DNA of 64,000 nt from an uncultured Pseudomonadota bacterium (GTDB lineage: Bacteria > Pseudomonadota > Gammaproteobacteria > Burkholderiales > Casimicrobiaceae). This document shows positions 1 through 10,125 of this stretch, piece by piece. Position numbers and translations under genes: made by a program. Position 1 is the first letter of the stretch; the number at the start of each line of letters is the position of its first letter. Where the stretch lies: the NCBI GenBank assembly GCA_963816415.1, contig CAWFKR010000014.1:102996-166995 (forward strand), in the 5' to 3' direction. The notes under the pieces were generated by a model that searched no databases, had not been told where the DNA came from, and saw nothing but the letters and a program-made list of their open reading frames with translations.

Positions 1-75
1 ATGCTGCTGGAAAAGCAGTTGTTCGAGCGCATCGAGCGCTACACGCTCGTCCGCTGGGGAATGATGACGGCATGA
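1..75 (+). CDS. C-terminal end of an ABC transporter permease (NitT/TauT type), 5' partial
   Basis: Frame 1 reads MLLEKQLFERIERYTLVRWGMMTA*, resembling the C-terminus of the next permease (FFERMVFHRLERATVERWGMT); stop overlaps the next ATG (ATGA 72-75). Confidence 0.7.
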   Translation: MLLEKQLFERIERYTLVRWGMMTA

Positions 76-866
76 GCGCTTTGCCGAATCGCCGCCGCCA
101 GGCGACCGTGCGCGGAACGCTCGGGATCCTCGCGTTCCTCGCCATCTACGAGGCCTTTGCCCGCAGCGGGATGTTCTCGACGGCCATCACCCCGCCGCTC
201 GAGACCATCGGGGCGGCGTTCGTGTCCTCCCTTGCAGGTGGCTACATCTTCGAGCAGGCGGGCGCGACGCTGCTGCGGGTGGCGATCGGCATGGCACTGG
301 CGCTCTGCATCGCCGTGCCGCTGGGCATGCTGATGGGGCGACACCGGCTGGCCGAGCGTGCGCTGGCGCCGCTGGTCAGCATCCTGATGCCGATACCGTC
401 GCTCGCCTGGGTGCCGCTGATCGTCCTGTGGTTCGGCATCGGCAATACCGCGACGATCCTGGTCGTGGTCTACGCCGCCACGTTCCCGCTGCTCTTCAAT
501 GTGTGGACCGGCGTGCGCACGGTGAACCAGGTGTGGATCCGTGCCGCGGTCGTCATGGGCGCGTCGCGCGCCTGCGTGTTCAGGCAGGTCGTCCTGCCGG
601 CGGCGTTGCCGTTCGTGATCACCGGCACGCGGCTGGCGTTCGGCCGCGCGTGGATCGCCGTCATCGGCGGCGAGTTGCTCGCGAGTCCACAGACCGGCCT
701 CGGCAAGGTGATCTTCGACGCGAATGAATACCTCAACGCCGACGTGATGCTGAGTGCCCTGCTGGTCATCGGCGCGATCGGCCTGTTCTTCGAGCGCATG
801 GTGTTCCACCGGCTCGAGCGCGCGACGGTCGAGCGCTGGGGAATGACCGCGCAGACCCGGCGATGA
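72..866 (+). CDS. ABC transporter permease, NitT/TauT/SsuC family
   Basis: Multiple TM segments, PIPSLAWVP motif, EAA-like loop RAAVVMGAS, LPAALP..GTRLAFGRAW. Confidence 0.9.
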   Translation: MSALPNRRRQATVRGTLGILAFLAIYEAFARSGMFSTAITPPLETIGAAFVSSLAGGYIFEQAGATLLRVAIGMALALCIAVPLGMLMGRHRLAERALAPLVSILMPIPSLAWVPLIVLWFGIGNTATILVVVYAATFPLLFNVWTGVRTVNQVWIRAAVVMGASRACVFRQVVLPAALPFVITGTRLAFGRAWIAVIGGELLASPQTGLGKVIFDANEYLNADVMLSALLVIGAIGLFFERMVFHRLERATVERWGMTAQTRR

Positions 867-1759
867 CGATGCGCAGGGTCGCCTTCATCGGCGTCGGGCA
901 CATGGGCGCCGCGATGGCCGCGCAACTCCTCGTCCGCGGATTCGACGTCGTTGCCTACGACCGGGATCCCGCCCGCCTCGCGGATTTCGTCGCGAGGCAC
1001 GGCGGCCGCGCCGCGCCCTCGCTCGCGGCGGCCGGCGAGGGTGCCGACATCGCGATCACCATGCTTCCCGATGGCGGGGTGGTGCGCGATGCGCTGCTGG
1101 GGTCGGGCGGCGTGGCGCGCAGCCTGCGCGTCGGAACCGTCGTCGTCGACATGAGCACTGCCGACCCCGGCGACACCCGGGCAACGGGTGGTGCGCTCTC
1201 GCAGCACGGACTGAAGATGGTCGATGCGCCGGTCATGGGGGGTGTGACGTTCGCGCGCAACGCGTCGCTGGACATCCTCGCTGGAGGGGACCCCGCCGAC
1301 ATCGATCGCTGCGAGGACGTGCTCGCGTCGCTTGGTCGCAGGGTCTACCGCTGCGGTCCGCTCGGCACGGGGCACACGCTGAAGGCCATCGCGAACGGCA
1401 TCAACGCGGCGACGTTTTCCGCTGTGCTCGAGGGCATGACCGTCGGTCGCAAGGCCGGGCTCGACACGGCCCTGATGGCCGAGGCCCTGACCGCGCTCTG
1501 CGCGGGCCGCCAGCATCCGCTGGAAAAGAAGGTCGTCCCGCAGGTCCTCACGCGCAGCTATGCGACCGGCATGGCGCTCGGTCTCATCGCCAAGGATCTG
1601 CGGATCGCCACCGGACTGGCCGACGGCCACCGGGCGGCAGCGCCGATCACCCATTGCGTCGCGTCGATCTGGGCCGACGCGAGCGGCCGCTTCGGCGCCG
1701 ACGTCGACCAGGCCGAGATCGTCAGGTATTGGGAAGAGAAAAGCGATGTCCGACTCTAG
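863..1759 (+). CDS. NAD(P)-dependent oxidoreductase, 3-hydroxyisobutyrate dehydrogenase family
   Basis: FIGVGHMG Rossmann motif, DMST, DAPVMGG, catalytic Lys in GHTLKAIAN, GLIAKDL. Confidence 0.88.
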   Translation: MTMRRVAFIGVGHMGAAMAAQLLVRGFDVVAYDRDPARLADFVARHGGRAAPSLAAAGEGADIAITMLPDGGVVRDALLGSGGVARSLRVGTVVVDMSTADPGDTRATGGALSQHGLKMVDAPVMGGVTFARNASLDILAGGDPADIDRCEDVLASLGRRVYRCGPLGTGHTLKAIANGINAATFSAVLEGMTVGRKAGLDTALMAEALTALCAGRQHPLEKKVVPQVLTRSYATGMALGLIAKDLRIATGLADGHRAAAPITHCVASIWADASGRFGADVDQAEIVRYWEEKSDVRL

Positions 1760-1782
1760 CGGGCGCCGCCGGCGCGACCGCC

Positions 1783-3192
1783 GTGGTTGAAGACCGGGAT
1801 CTGGCGAAGCGGCTCGAGGCCATCGTCGGCGAGCGAGGGGTCGTCACCGGCGAGGCGGACATGGCGCCGTATCTCACCGACTGGCGCCGGGCTTTCCAGG
1901 GGCGCGCGCTGGCCATTGTCCGGCCGGCTTCGACCGAGGAGGTGTCGGCGGTCGTGCGGCTGTGCGCGGACGAAGGCATCCCGATCGTGCCCCAGGGAGG
2001 CAACACCGGCATGTGCGGCGGCGCGATCGCCGACGACGGCGGTCGCAGCATCGTCGTCGCGATGGGCCGGATGAACCGCATCCTCGACGTCGATGCGCGC
2101 AACAACACGGCCACCGCCGAGGCCGGCTGCGTGCTTGCCGATCTGCAGGCCGCGGCGGCGAACGAGCGTCGCCTGTTCCCCCTCAGCCTGGCGGCCGAGG
2201 GGAGCTGCCAGATCGGCGGCAACGTCTCGACCAACGCCGGCGGCATCAACGTCCTGCGGTATGGCAACACGCGCGAGCTGACGCTCGGACTCGAGGCGGT
2301 GCTGCCCGACGGCAGCACATGGAACGGCCTTCGCAGCCTCCGCAAGGACAACACCGGCTACGATCTGAAGCAGCTTTTCATCGGGGGCGAGGGGACGCTG
2401 GGCATCGTGACGCGCGTGGTCGTCAAGCTGCATCCGGCGATCCTCGAGCGGATCACCGTGCTGGCTGCCGTCCCGACCGTCGATGGGGCCATCGAACTCC
2501 TTGCGCGACTGCGGGAGCATTGCGGCGAGACGATCAGCGCCTTCGAACTCGTTTCGCGTCCCTGCCTCGACCTCGTGCTTCAGCACACGCCCGGGGCCCG
2601 CGACCCGTTCCCGCAGGCCGCCCCGTGGTACGTTTTGGCGGAAGCCGGCGATACGCATGCGGGGGGCGGCCTTCGCGACCGCGTGGAGGCGGGGCTCCTC
2701 GCTGCCAGCGAGGGCGGAGTCATCGGCGACGCGGTGATCGCGGAAAGCATGGCGCAGCGCGAGACGCTGTGGCGCCTGCGTGAAGCGCTTCCCGAAGCGA
2801 TCCGCGCCGAGGGTCTCGCGTTCCGGTCGGACGTCGCGGTTGCCGTAGGACGCGTGCCCGCGTTCGTGCGGGAAGCGGAGGGTGACCTGACCCGCGCGTT
2901 TCCGGGAATCAGGATCGTGTGTTTCGGCCACCTGGGCGATGGCAACCTGCACTTCAACGCCCTGCCAAACCGCGACGCACCCCTGTCGCCGGACTGGGGG
3001 CGCGACGTGGGTCGCGTCCTCTACGACGCGGTCGGGCGCTACGAGGGCAGCATCAGCGCCGAGCACGGCATCGGCCAGGCGAAGCGGGGCGAACTCGCCC
3101 GCTGCAAGAGCGAGATCGAGATGAAGCTGATGCGCCAGGTCAAACGCATGCTGGATCCGAACGGCCTGATGAATCCCGGTAAGCTGCTCTAG
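1783..3192 (+). CDS. FAD-binding oxidoreductase, D-2-hydroxyacid dehydrogenase (D2HGDH/GlcD-like)
   Basis: PQGGNTGMCGG, GSCQIGGNVSTNAGG, LRKDNTGYDLK, FGHLGDGNLH, SISAEHGIG, LDPNGLMNPGKL; GTG start at 1783 inferred. Confidence 0.9.
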   Translation: MVEDRDLAKRLEAIVGERGVVTGEADMAPYLTDWRRAFQGRALAIVRPASTEEVSAVVRLCADEGIPIVPQGGNTGMCGGAIADDGGRSIVVAMGRMNRILDVDARNNTATAEAGCVLADLQAAAANERRLFPLSLAAEGSCQIGGNVSTNAGGINVLRYGNTRELTLGLEAVLPDGSTWNGLRSLRKDNTGYDLKQLFIGGEGTLGIVTRVVVKLHPAILERITVLAAVPTVDGAIELLARLREHCGETISAFELVSRPCLDLVLQHTPGARDPFPQAAPWYVLAEAGDTHAGGGLRDRVEAGLLAASEGGVIGDAVIAESMAQRETLWRLREALPEAIRAEGLAFRSDVAVAVGRVPAFVREAEGDLTRAFPGIRIVCFGHLGDGNLHFNALPNRDAPLSPDWGRDVGRVLYDAVGRYEGSISAEHGIGQAKRGELARCKSEIEMKLMRQVKRMLDPNGLMNPGKLL

Positions 3193-3288
3193 CCGCTGTC
3201 GACCACGGGGTGCCCTGCGTGTCGCGGCGTTGCTGCCGGTCGCCGCGGGACCCGTCCGGTCGTGCTCTCAACCCTGCCTGGAGATGAC

Positions 3289-3720
3289 ATGAAAGACATG
3301 ACGCTTGCACTGGCCTCCGAACTCGCCGATGGCACGCTCGCCGCCGGGCGCGCGGACGGCTGCCAACCGCTGGCCGTCGTCGTGCTCGACGCCGGGGGCC
3401 ATGACGTCGTCGTCAAGCGCGAGGATCGCTGCGGCCTGCTGCGCGCCGACATCGCCCGCGGCAAGGCCTGGGGCGCGCTCGGCATGGGACTCGGGTCGCG
3501 CGACCTCGCGAAGCGCGCCGAGGGCAATCCGCGCTTCTTCGCGGCGCTTGCGGCACTCTCGGGCGGCCGCATGATTCCCAATCCCGGCGGGGTGCTCGTG
3601 CGCAATGCCGATGGCGACGTCATCGGTGCCGTGGGCGTGAGCGGCGATACTTCGGAACGGGACGAAGCCTGCGCGGTCACCTCGATCAAGCGGGCGGGGA
3701 TGACGGCCGACGCGGGCTGA
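3289..3720 (+). CDS. GlcG/HbpS family heme-binding protein
   Basis: VVVLDAGG, ARGKAWGAL, GGVLVR...IGAVGVSG..SERDEACA; GGAG RBS before ATG 3289. Confidence 0.88.
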   Translation: MKDMTLALASELADGTLAAGRADGCQPLAVVVLDAGGHDVVVKREDRCGLLRADIARGKAWGALGMGLGSRDLAKRAEGNPRFFAALAALSGGRMIPNPGGVLVRNADGDVIGAVGVSGDTSERDEACAVTSIKRAGMTADAG

Positions 3721-4016
3721 GCGCCGCAGCCGACGCCCGGCGCGGTTTCACCCCCGCCGCTTGCGGCTTCCACTCGTCGGTCTCGTCGTTGAACAACGCG
3801 TGGACCAGCTGGCGCAGCCAGCGATCGCGGCGGCGCGCCTTCTGCTCCGCGACACGCGTCAGGCGGCCCTTCCCGCACGCGCGGTCACACGTCATAATCG
3901 CGTCGCGATTCGGGCTCCGGCCCGAATGGCGATCCCGAGCTGACCATCCATCGTCCCTGCCAACCTTGCGAAATGCCTGGATTGCGCGGCAGTCGAGCGC
4001 CCTGCCGCGGACCCGG

Positions 4017-4595
4017 ATGCGTTCCGGCGCGAGGCGTTTCGGGATCGGCCCTTCACGGGCGAAGATCCGGCTGGCGCAACTCGCGATCTCCTGCACGTTG
4101 CTTGCCGCGTCGCCTTGCTTCGCGGCGGACGTCGCGCTTTCCGGAGGGCTGAACGGCGAAGCCGTCATCGTCGGCGTCGACACGCGATGGATGGCGGCGG
4201 CGCCGCTGCGGGTGGAGCCCGCATGGGCGCTGCGCTACGGTGTCGAGTTCGATGTACTGAACATGCACGCGCGACAGGCGCGCAAGTACGGCGCGAGCAA
4301 CATCGCGGCGATCGGCGTGACGCCGATGTTGCGCGTCGAGTGGCCGCGCGGCGACCACATGACGTTCGTGGACGCCGGCATCGGCGGCCATCTGCTGTCG
4401 CATACCTCGCTGCAAGGCGGTCCGAACTTCGGCACGGCGTTCCAGTTCGGCGAGTGGATCGGGACCGGGCTGCGCTTCGGGCCCGGCATGGCCTACGAGG
4501 TCGGCCTGCGCGTCGAGCACCTGTCGAACGCCGACATCAAGCTGCCCAACGACGGCATCACGTTCGCGTCACTGCGCGCTGCCTGGCATTTCTGA
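4017..4595 (+). CDS. pagL: PagL-family acyloxyacyl hydrolase (lipid A 3-O-deacylase), outer-membrane beta-barrel
   Basis: Signal peptide, FGTAFQFGE, EHLSNADIKLPNDG (His-x-Ser), C-terminal Phe; start uncertain. Confidence 0.8.
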   Translation: MRSGARRFGIGPSRAKIRLAQLAISCTLLAASPCFAADVALSGGLNGEAVIVGVDTRWMAAAPLRVEPAWALRYGVEFDVLNMHARQARKYGASNIAAIGVTPMLRVEWPRGDHMTFVDAGIGGHLLSHTSLQGGPNFGTAFQFGEWIGTGLRFGPGMAYEVGLRVEHLSNADIKLPNDGITFASLRAAWHF

Positions 4596-5939
4596 TCCCC
4601 GGCCGGCGGGGAACGACACCGTGACCGCGAGACCCCTGCCGGAAGCGGTTTCGTCGAAGGAAACCGTTGCGCCGTGGATCTGGGCGATCCGCTTGACGAT
4701 CGACAACCCGAGGCCCGATCCCGAGATTCCTCCGCCGACGAGGCGGTGGAAGCGCTGGCCGAGTCTCGCGCGCTCCTCGGCAGCGACCCCGGGGCCTTGG
4801 TCGGCAACGACGATGAAGACCGAGCCCTGGCGCTCGCCGGTGTCGACGCGCACGACCGTGTGGGCGTAGCTGTAGCGCACCGCGTTGTCGAGGAGGTTGC
4901 GAAGCAGGATTTCCAGCAGGCGACTGTCCCCGGCGACGGTGGCCGGGGACCCGTCGGTCAGTTCGATCTCGATCGTTCTGGCGAGCGCGGTGGGCGTCGC
5001 GTCGGCGATCGCCCGCTTCGCGACGGAACGCAGGTCGCAGGTCTCGCGCTGGGCCTTGAAGTCCTCGGGTTCGAGGCGCGCGAGCGTCAGCAGTTGCTCG
5101 ACCAGGTGCGTGGCGCGGTCGCAGCCGACCAGCACGTTGTCGAGCGCCCTTTCGCGTTCCCGCTCGCTGGTCGCACCCCGTGCGACCTGGGCCTGCGCCC
5201 GCAATGCGGCGAGCGGTGTGCGCAGTTCGTGGGCTGCGTCGGCGGTGAAGCGGCGCTCGTTCTCCATCGACGCCCGCACCCGGGCGAACAGCCGGTTCAG
5301 GTTCGCGGCGAGCGGCGCCACTTCCGCCGGAGCGCCCGCCGAATCCAGCGGCGCGAGGTTGTCCGGCGCGCGATGCTCGACCTGCCCGCTCAGCGTCCGT
5401 AGCGGGCTGAGCGCACGCGAGATGCCGAACCAGATCAGCGCGCCCAGGACGGGCAGTGCGACGGCGAGGGGCAGCAGCATGTTCTCGGCGATGCTCGCGG
5501 CGACTTCGTCGCGCGCGCGTGCGGGCTCGCCGATCTGGACCAGGTAGCGATGATTGTCGTCCCACTCGCTGAAGACGCGCCAGTGCTGCCCGTCGATCGT
5601 GACGTCGCTGAAACCGTCGTCATCCTGTGAAAGGCGTGTGGCGGGAGCGTTTGCCGTGCGCAGGCGCGGGGCCTTGCCGTGGTTCCAGACCTGGAACGCG
5701 AGACGATGCGCGTAGCGACGGAGCGCCGGCAGTTCCTGGAAATCGGTCTCGTCGGGCTCGCTCTGCACTTCCGCGATCACCAGCGACGCCAGCTGCGCCA
5801 GGTGGGAGTCGAGGAGCGAATCGACTTCGTGTCGTGCATCGAAGTAGCTGACGATGCCGGTCGCGTTCCAGATCGCCGCGACCGAAACCAGGAGCACGAC
5901 CAGGAGCTGGCGCCTGATCGAACGCGGCCGGTCAGCCAT
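4569..5939 (-). CDS. Sensor histidine kinase, QseC/PmrB-like
   Basis: Two TM helices, HAMP, H-box ADAAHELRTPL, NLLDNAVRY, DQGPG, GSGLGLSIV. Confidence 0.93.
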   Translation of the reverse strand: MADRPRSIRRQLLVVLLVSVAAIWNATGIVSYFDARHEVDSLLDSHLAQLASLVIAEVQSEPDETDFQELPALRRYAHRLAFQVWNHGKAPRLRTANAPATRLSQDDDGFSDVTIDGQHWRVFSEWDDNHRYLVQIGEPARARDEVAASIAENMLLPLAVALPVLGALIWFGISRALSPLRTLSGQVEHRAPDNLAPLDSAGAPAEVAPLAANLNRLFARVRASMENERRFTADAAHELRTPLAALRAQAQVARGATSERERERALDNVLVGCDRATHLVEQLLTLARLEPEDFKAQRETCDLRSVAKRAIADATPTALARTIEIELTDGSPATVAGDSRLLEILLRNLLDNAVRYSYAHTVVRVDTGERQGSVFIVVADQGPGVAAEERARLGQRFHRLVGGGISGSGLGLSIVKRIAQIHGATVSFDETASGRGLAVTVSFPAGRGSEMPGSAQ

Positions 5940-6612
5940 CGGCGTCCTTCGGGTCGCGCGGAAGCACGTAGCCGACCCCGCGCACGGTGCGGATCAGCCC
6001 CGGGGCGAGCTTCCTGCGCAGGTGATGGATGTGCACCTCGACCGCATTGCTCTCGATTTCGGAGCCCCACGCGTAGAGGCGTTCCTCGATCTGGGCGCGC
6101 GACAGCACGCGATCCGCGTTCAGCATGAATTCCTGAAGCAGGTTGAACTCCTTCGCCTTCAGGTCCACCGGCTGTCCGCGATAGCTGACGGTGCGCGCCG
6201 CCGGATCGAGGCGCAGTTCGGCCACCTCGAGGACCGGTGCGGGCTCGCCGCGCGCGCGCCTGACGATCGCGCGCAGCCTTGCCGCGAGTTCGTCCAGGTC
6301 CACCGGCTTGATGACGTAGTCGTCGGCCCCGGTGTCGAAACCCTTGACCCGTTCGTCGATCGCGTCGCGCGCGGTGAGGATCAGTACCGGGGTCGACGAG
6401 CCTTTCGCGCGCTCCCTGCGCAGCAGGTCCAGGCCGTCGAGACGCGGCAGGCCGAGGTCAAGCACCACCGCCGCGAAATCGGTCGCCCGCAATGCTGTTT
6501 CCGCGGCGACGCCATCCTGAACCCAGTCGGCGTCGAAGCCGCGCTGGCGCAAGCCCGCCTGCAGCGCGTCGCCAAGGAGAGCGTCGTCTTCGGCGATCAG
6601 GACCCGCGTCAC
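5932..6612 (-). CDS. OmpR-family response regulator, QseB/PmrA-like
   Basis: VLIAEDD, VLDLGLP (phospho-Asp), GADDYVIKP, SNAVEVHIHHLRRKL, TVRGVGY; GTG start 6612 inferred. Confidence 0.93.
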   Translation of the reverse strand: MTRVLIAEDDALLGDALQAGLRQRGFDADWVQDGVAAETALRATDFAAVVLDLGLPRLDGLDLLRRERAKGSSTPVLILTARDAIDERVKGFDTGADDYVIKPVDLDELAARLRAIVRRARGEPAPVLEVAELRLDPAARTVSYRGQPVDLKAKEFNLLQEFMLNADRVLSRAQIEERLYAWGSEIESNAVEVHIHHLRRKLAPGLIRTVRGVGYVLPRDPKDADG

Positions 6613-6676
6613 GCCGCGCCGCCTGCAGCGTGGCCTGGGAGCGGCAGGCGCACGCCCGCCGAGGCGCGCGTCGCGT

Positions 6677-7942
6677 TCACCGGGCCGCCTCGGGACGAGG
6701 TTCACCCGGCGATCCGCCGGCCTGGCGCAGCGGGTCCTGGGCGTGGAAGCTGCGCTGATAGAGCCACAGGTATCCCGCCTGGAAGGCGGCGCCGATCACG
6801 AACGGGGCAACCAGCATCCCGCTGTCGAACAGCGCGCCTGCCACGATCGGTCCCACCGAGCGCGGAATCTGGCGCGACACCGACGAAACCGTACCCGCAA
6901 GGCCGAGGCGCTGGTTGCGGACCAGGCTCGCCGTGATCGCGGAACGCGGACCGTTGGTCGCGCGGTTCAGCGTGTTGCGCAGCAGGAAGATGCCGATGGC
7001 CGCCGCCAGGGTGGGCGCGAACGGGAAGACGAACAACAGGGCCAGCGCGCCAAGGCGCAGCGCGACGATCACCCGCATCAGGCCGTAGCGCCGGGACAGC
7101 GGATTCGTCAGGTGGGACGACGCGGCGGCGAGCAGGAAACCCGTCGCGATCAGCGGTGCGATCTGGCGCGGGCCGATGCCGAATCGCAGCGCGAACCAGT
7201 ACGAAACCAGCGGGCCGGTCAGTCCGAGGCCGGTGCCCTGGAGGAAGTTCGCAAAGGCGAGCATGCGCAGGTTGCGGTTTTCCTTCTGGCGCAGGGCGCG
7301 CTCGGCCGATGCATCGGGGGGCACGGCGAGCGCGACATGCCGGTCCTCGGCCATCGCGATGCAGCCGAGGCAGATCAGGGCGGCTGCCAGCGCGATGCCG
7401 AAGATCGGGCGGTAGGCGTCCGTGGCGGGGATCGAAGACGGCACGAGCCCGGGCAGGATCGCGCAGGCCGCGCCCACCGCCATGCCGACGAACCCCAGCG
7501 TCGCATTGAGCGAGAGGACTCGCGACCGCGTCCCGGGATCGAGTCCCTGCGTCAGCCAGGCCTGCTCGATCGAGCCGAAAGGGCCGGCCGCCCCGTTCGC
7601 GCCACGCCCGAATGCGCCGATGACGGCGGCGCCTGCGAGGATCGCCGTGTTGGTCGTCAACAGCGCGACCAGGCAGGCAAACGCATAGACGGCGTCGTAG
7701 CCCAGCAGGAAGCGCTTGCGTCCGAAGCGGTCGCTCGCGATCGCACCGGAGATCGTCATGACGACGCCGAAGACCATGCTCCCGGCGAGCACCGATCCGA
7801 TGGCCGCCCCGGTCCAATGCAGCGACTTCAGGTACAGCGCGAAGTCGACGGCGAGCACGCCCTGGGCAACGCTGCGGGACGCCCTGGCGCCGAGCAGCAG
7901 CCGGACCGACCGGCCCGGCGATGATTTGCCGTGGCCCGTCAT
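6677..7942 (-). CDS. MFS transporter
   Basis: About 12 hydrophobic segments, motif A ASDRFGRKR; start overlaps upstream stop (7939-7942). Confidence 0.85.
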   Translation of the reverse strand: MTGHGKSSPGRSVRLLLGARASRSVAQGVLAVDFALYLKSLHWTGAAIGSVLAGSMVFGVVMTISGAIASDRFGRKRFLLGYDAVYAFACLVALLTTNTAILAGAAVIGAFGRGANGAAGPFGSIEQAWLTQGLDPGTRSRVLSLNATLGFVGMAVGAACAILPGLVPSSIPATDAYRPIFGIALAAALICLGCIAMAEDRHVALAVPPDASAERALRQKENRNLRMLAFANFLQGTGLGLTGPLVSYWFALRFGIGPRQIAPLIATGFLLAAASSHLTNPLSRRYGLMRVIVALRLGALALLFVFPFAPTLAAAIGIFLLRNTLNRATNGPRSAITASLVRNQRLGLAGTVSSVSRQIPRSVGPIVAGALFDSGMLVAPFVIGAAFQAGYLWLYQRSFHAQDPLRQAGGSPGEPRPEAAR

Positions 7943-8805
7943 GCGTTGGCGGCTTCCTGCGAGGGTTCCTGCGACCCCAGCAGGAACGCCCACACCTGTT
8001 CGTGCAGGGCTGCGCGCCGGACCAGCCCGCCGAAGCTGTGGCCGGAGCCTGGAAGCTGCCGCAGATCCAGTGGCGGACGCAGTTCGAGAGAGCGCGCGCG
8101 CGCATTCATCGCTGCCGTCCAGCGCATCGCGCGCTCGATGCGGGTCCGGCCCTGGTCGGCGTCGACGCGTTCGTGCTGGCGCAGGCTCGTCCCGCGCCGC
8201 TGGTCGTGCATGCCGACGAAGACTCGGCCTGGCACGCTCAGGAAAAGTCGCTGCCGGGACATGTCGAGGCCGGAAGGCGGATGGCGCAATCCATACGGGA
8301 AATCCGCGGAATCATCCGGGAATGTATACCAGCCCGCGGCGCTGATCGCATAGCGCGCAACCCGCTCGGGATGGGCCATGACGAAGCGGTGGGCGAACTG
8401 GGCGCCGCCCGAGTGTCCGAACAGGTGGAACCTGCGACCGGGCAAGCCGCGCGACGACAGCACGCCGTCGATCAGCGCCATCAGCGCGAGGTCGGCGCGC
8501 CGGCCGCGTCCGTCGCGTCCGAGCCGCTGGTAATCGCGAAACTCGGCGGCCTCGAACAGCGGCACGACCAGGATTGCGCCGCACGATTGTGCGAGGCCTG
8601 CGAAGGCCGCGTGATGATCGGCCGCATTCCGGCTGATGCCGTGGACCGCGACGACCACCGGTGTGCCGGGACCCGGTTCGGCAGGCATCTCCAGTGCGTA
8701 GCGAAGCCCCGGCCGGAATTCGATCATTCCGGCGGCGGGGCGCGGTGGCGCAGCCGCGGCATGCGCAACCGTTGCGGCTGGAGTCGGACGGGTGAGAACG
8801 TGCAT
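7939..8805 (-). CDS. Alpha/beta hydrolase
   Basis: VHGISRNA, nucleophile elbow FGHSGGAQF, C-terminal PGSGHSF; real gene is the 3' part of track ORF 7939..9792. Confidence 0.8.
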   Translation of the reverse strand: MHVLTRPTPAATVAHAAAAPPRPAAGMIEFRPGLRYALEMPAEPGPGTPVVVAVHGISRNAADHHAAFAGLAQSCGAILVVPLFEAAEFRDYQRLGRDGRGRRADLALMALIDGVLSSRGLPGRRFHLFGHSGGAQFAHRFVMAHPERVARYAISAAGWYTFPDDSADFPYGLRHPPSGLDMSRQRLFLSVPGRVFVGMHDQRRGTSLRQHERVDADQGRTRIERAMRWTAAMNARARSLELRPPLDLRQLPGSGHSFGGLVRRAALHEQVWAFLLGSQEPSQEAANA

Positions 8806-8918
8806 CGTTTCGCCAAAAGTGGGCGCAGCGCGGACGAGGGGCCCACGCTGCGCATGATAGTGCGGCTTCGCCCGCGAAGCCGCGGGTCGTGAAACTGCTG
8901 TCCGGGTGCCGGAGCCGA

Positions 8919-10058
8919 TTACTGCGTCGCCCCGAGCGCCGCACGCAGGCCCGGCAGGCGGCTCAGCACCGGGAACAGGGTGCTGACGATGTGCGGGTCC
9001 GTCAGCTCGTCGGCCGTGTGCACGGGCAGGCCGACCGCCTGCTGCGCTTCCCGCGCGGCCAGCGGCGACGCCGTCACGACCCCGCTCACTGCCACGACCG
9101 GGAGGTGATGCTTCCGCAGCCATTCGACCCCCGCGAGGGCGCTCATCGCATCGGGTGCCGCGAACAGCACGGCATCGACGTTCTTGACGAATCGCATCGA
9201 CTTGACCAGCGCCGAGGTCTCGGCCTGCAGCAGGCCGTCGGCGACTTCCAGCACGACGCATTCGACACCGGCCACTGCGACGTGGCGGCAGAGCTGGGTG
9301 AGGATGTGCTCGAGTTGCTCGAGTGGCAGGCCCGCGGTGCTGGCAAAGCCGGCATCGGTGAAATCGAGGACCGGCGCCGCGCCCGCGTCGCTCATCAGCC
9401 ACCGATCGCCACCCGCGCCGGTCCCCGTGACCTTCGCGGCGCCGACGCGGAAACCGAGTCGCCGCAGTCCCGCGACCAGGTTGGCGGCGGTCGTCGTCTT
9501 CCCGGCATTCATGCTCGACCCGAGGACGGCGACGGTGAACGGCGCGCGCCGCGACGGCGGGGCGCTGAGCGCGGCACTGCGCATGTTGAGCACGCCGCCG
9601 GCGTTGGCGAGCAGGCCGATGGGCTCGATCTGCGTCGCCGCCTTGATGCCTGCGTGGCGGCTCTGAACCATGGCGGCGATCCCGCCCGCGGCCACGAGGT
9701 GGCACGGAGAAAGATCCTCCGGCACGCTGGCTTCGTATTGATCCGGCGCGTAGCGCGCGCCGAAAGCGACGACGATCTCGTCGCCCGGCCACAGGCGCGC
9801 GCGGCGGCCGCTGGACGATTCCAGATGCTGGTGCTGCCCCAGGCGTGTCACGCGAGCGAGCACCAGGTCACCCGCTTCGGGACGCCTGTCGACGACGAGT
9901 TTCGTCGCGTCGGCGAGGTTGACGCGCCGGATGCTGTAGGACGTCTTGGCGTGCTTCAGACGCTCGGGCGACAGATTGAGCGGCGAGGTGGTCTTCGGGA
10001 GGACGATCTGTCTCGTGGACCGTGCGTCCTGGGTTTCCGGCTCGTAGGCGAATGGCAC
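8919..10058 (-). CDS. DUF1611-family P-loop protein
   Basis: GARYAPDQYEA, Walker A LGSSMNAGKTT, AKVTGTGAGGD, DFTDAG..ST, VLEVADGLLQ.ET; GGAGA RBS before GTG 10058. Confidence 0.8.
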   Translation of the reverse strand: MPFAYEPETQDARSTRQIVLPKTTSPLNLSPERLKHAKTSYSIRRVNLADATKLVVDRRPEAGDLVLARVTRLGQHQHLESSSGRRARLWPGDEIVVAFGARYAPDQYEASVPEDLSPCHLVAAGGIAAMVQSRHAGIKAATQIEPIGLLANAGGVLNMRSAALSAPPSRRAPFTVAVLGSSMNAGKTTTAANLVAGLRRLGFRVGAAKVTGTGAGGDRWLMSDAGAAPVLDFTDAGFASTAGLPLEQLEHILTQLCRHVAVAGVECVVLEVADGLLQAETSALVKSMRFVKNVDAVLFAAPDAMSALAGVEWLRKHHLPVVAVSGVVTASPLAAREAQQAVGLPVHTADELTDPHIVSTLFPVLSRLPGLRAALGATQ

Positions 10059-10125
10059 GACTGTTTCTCCTGGCTTGTGGCTGAGGGATTTGCTCGGGTG
10101 TTTCGATTGGGGGAGCACGGAGCGG

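Noticed and set aside
7939-9792. 617-aa ORF and similar long N-terminal extensions (26646-28391, 30145-31863, 38498-40174, 39028-40902, 22150-23460, 14955-16955)
   Set aside because: The Arg/Pro/Ala-rich extensions are alternative frames or antisense of neighbouring genes; the real genes start at internal RBS-supported codons.
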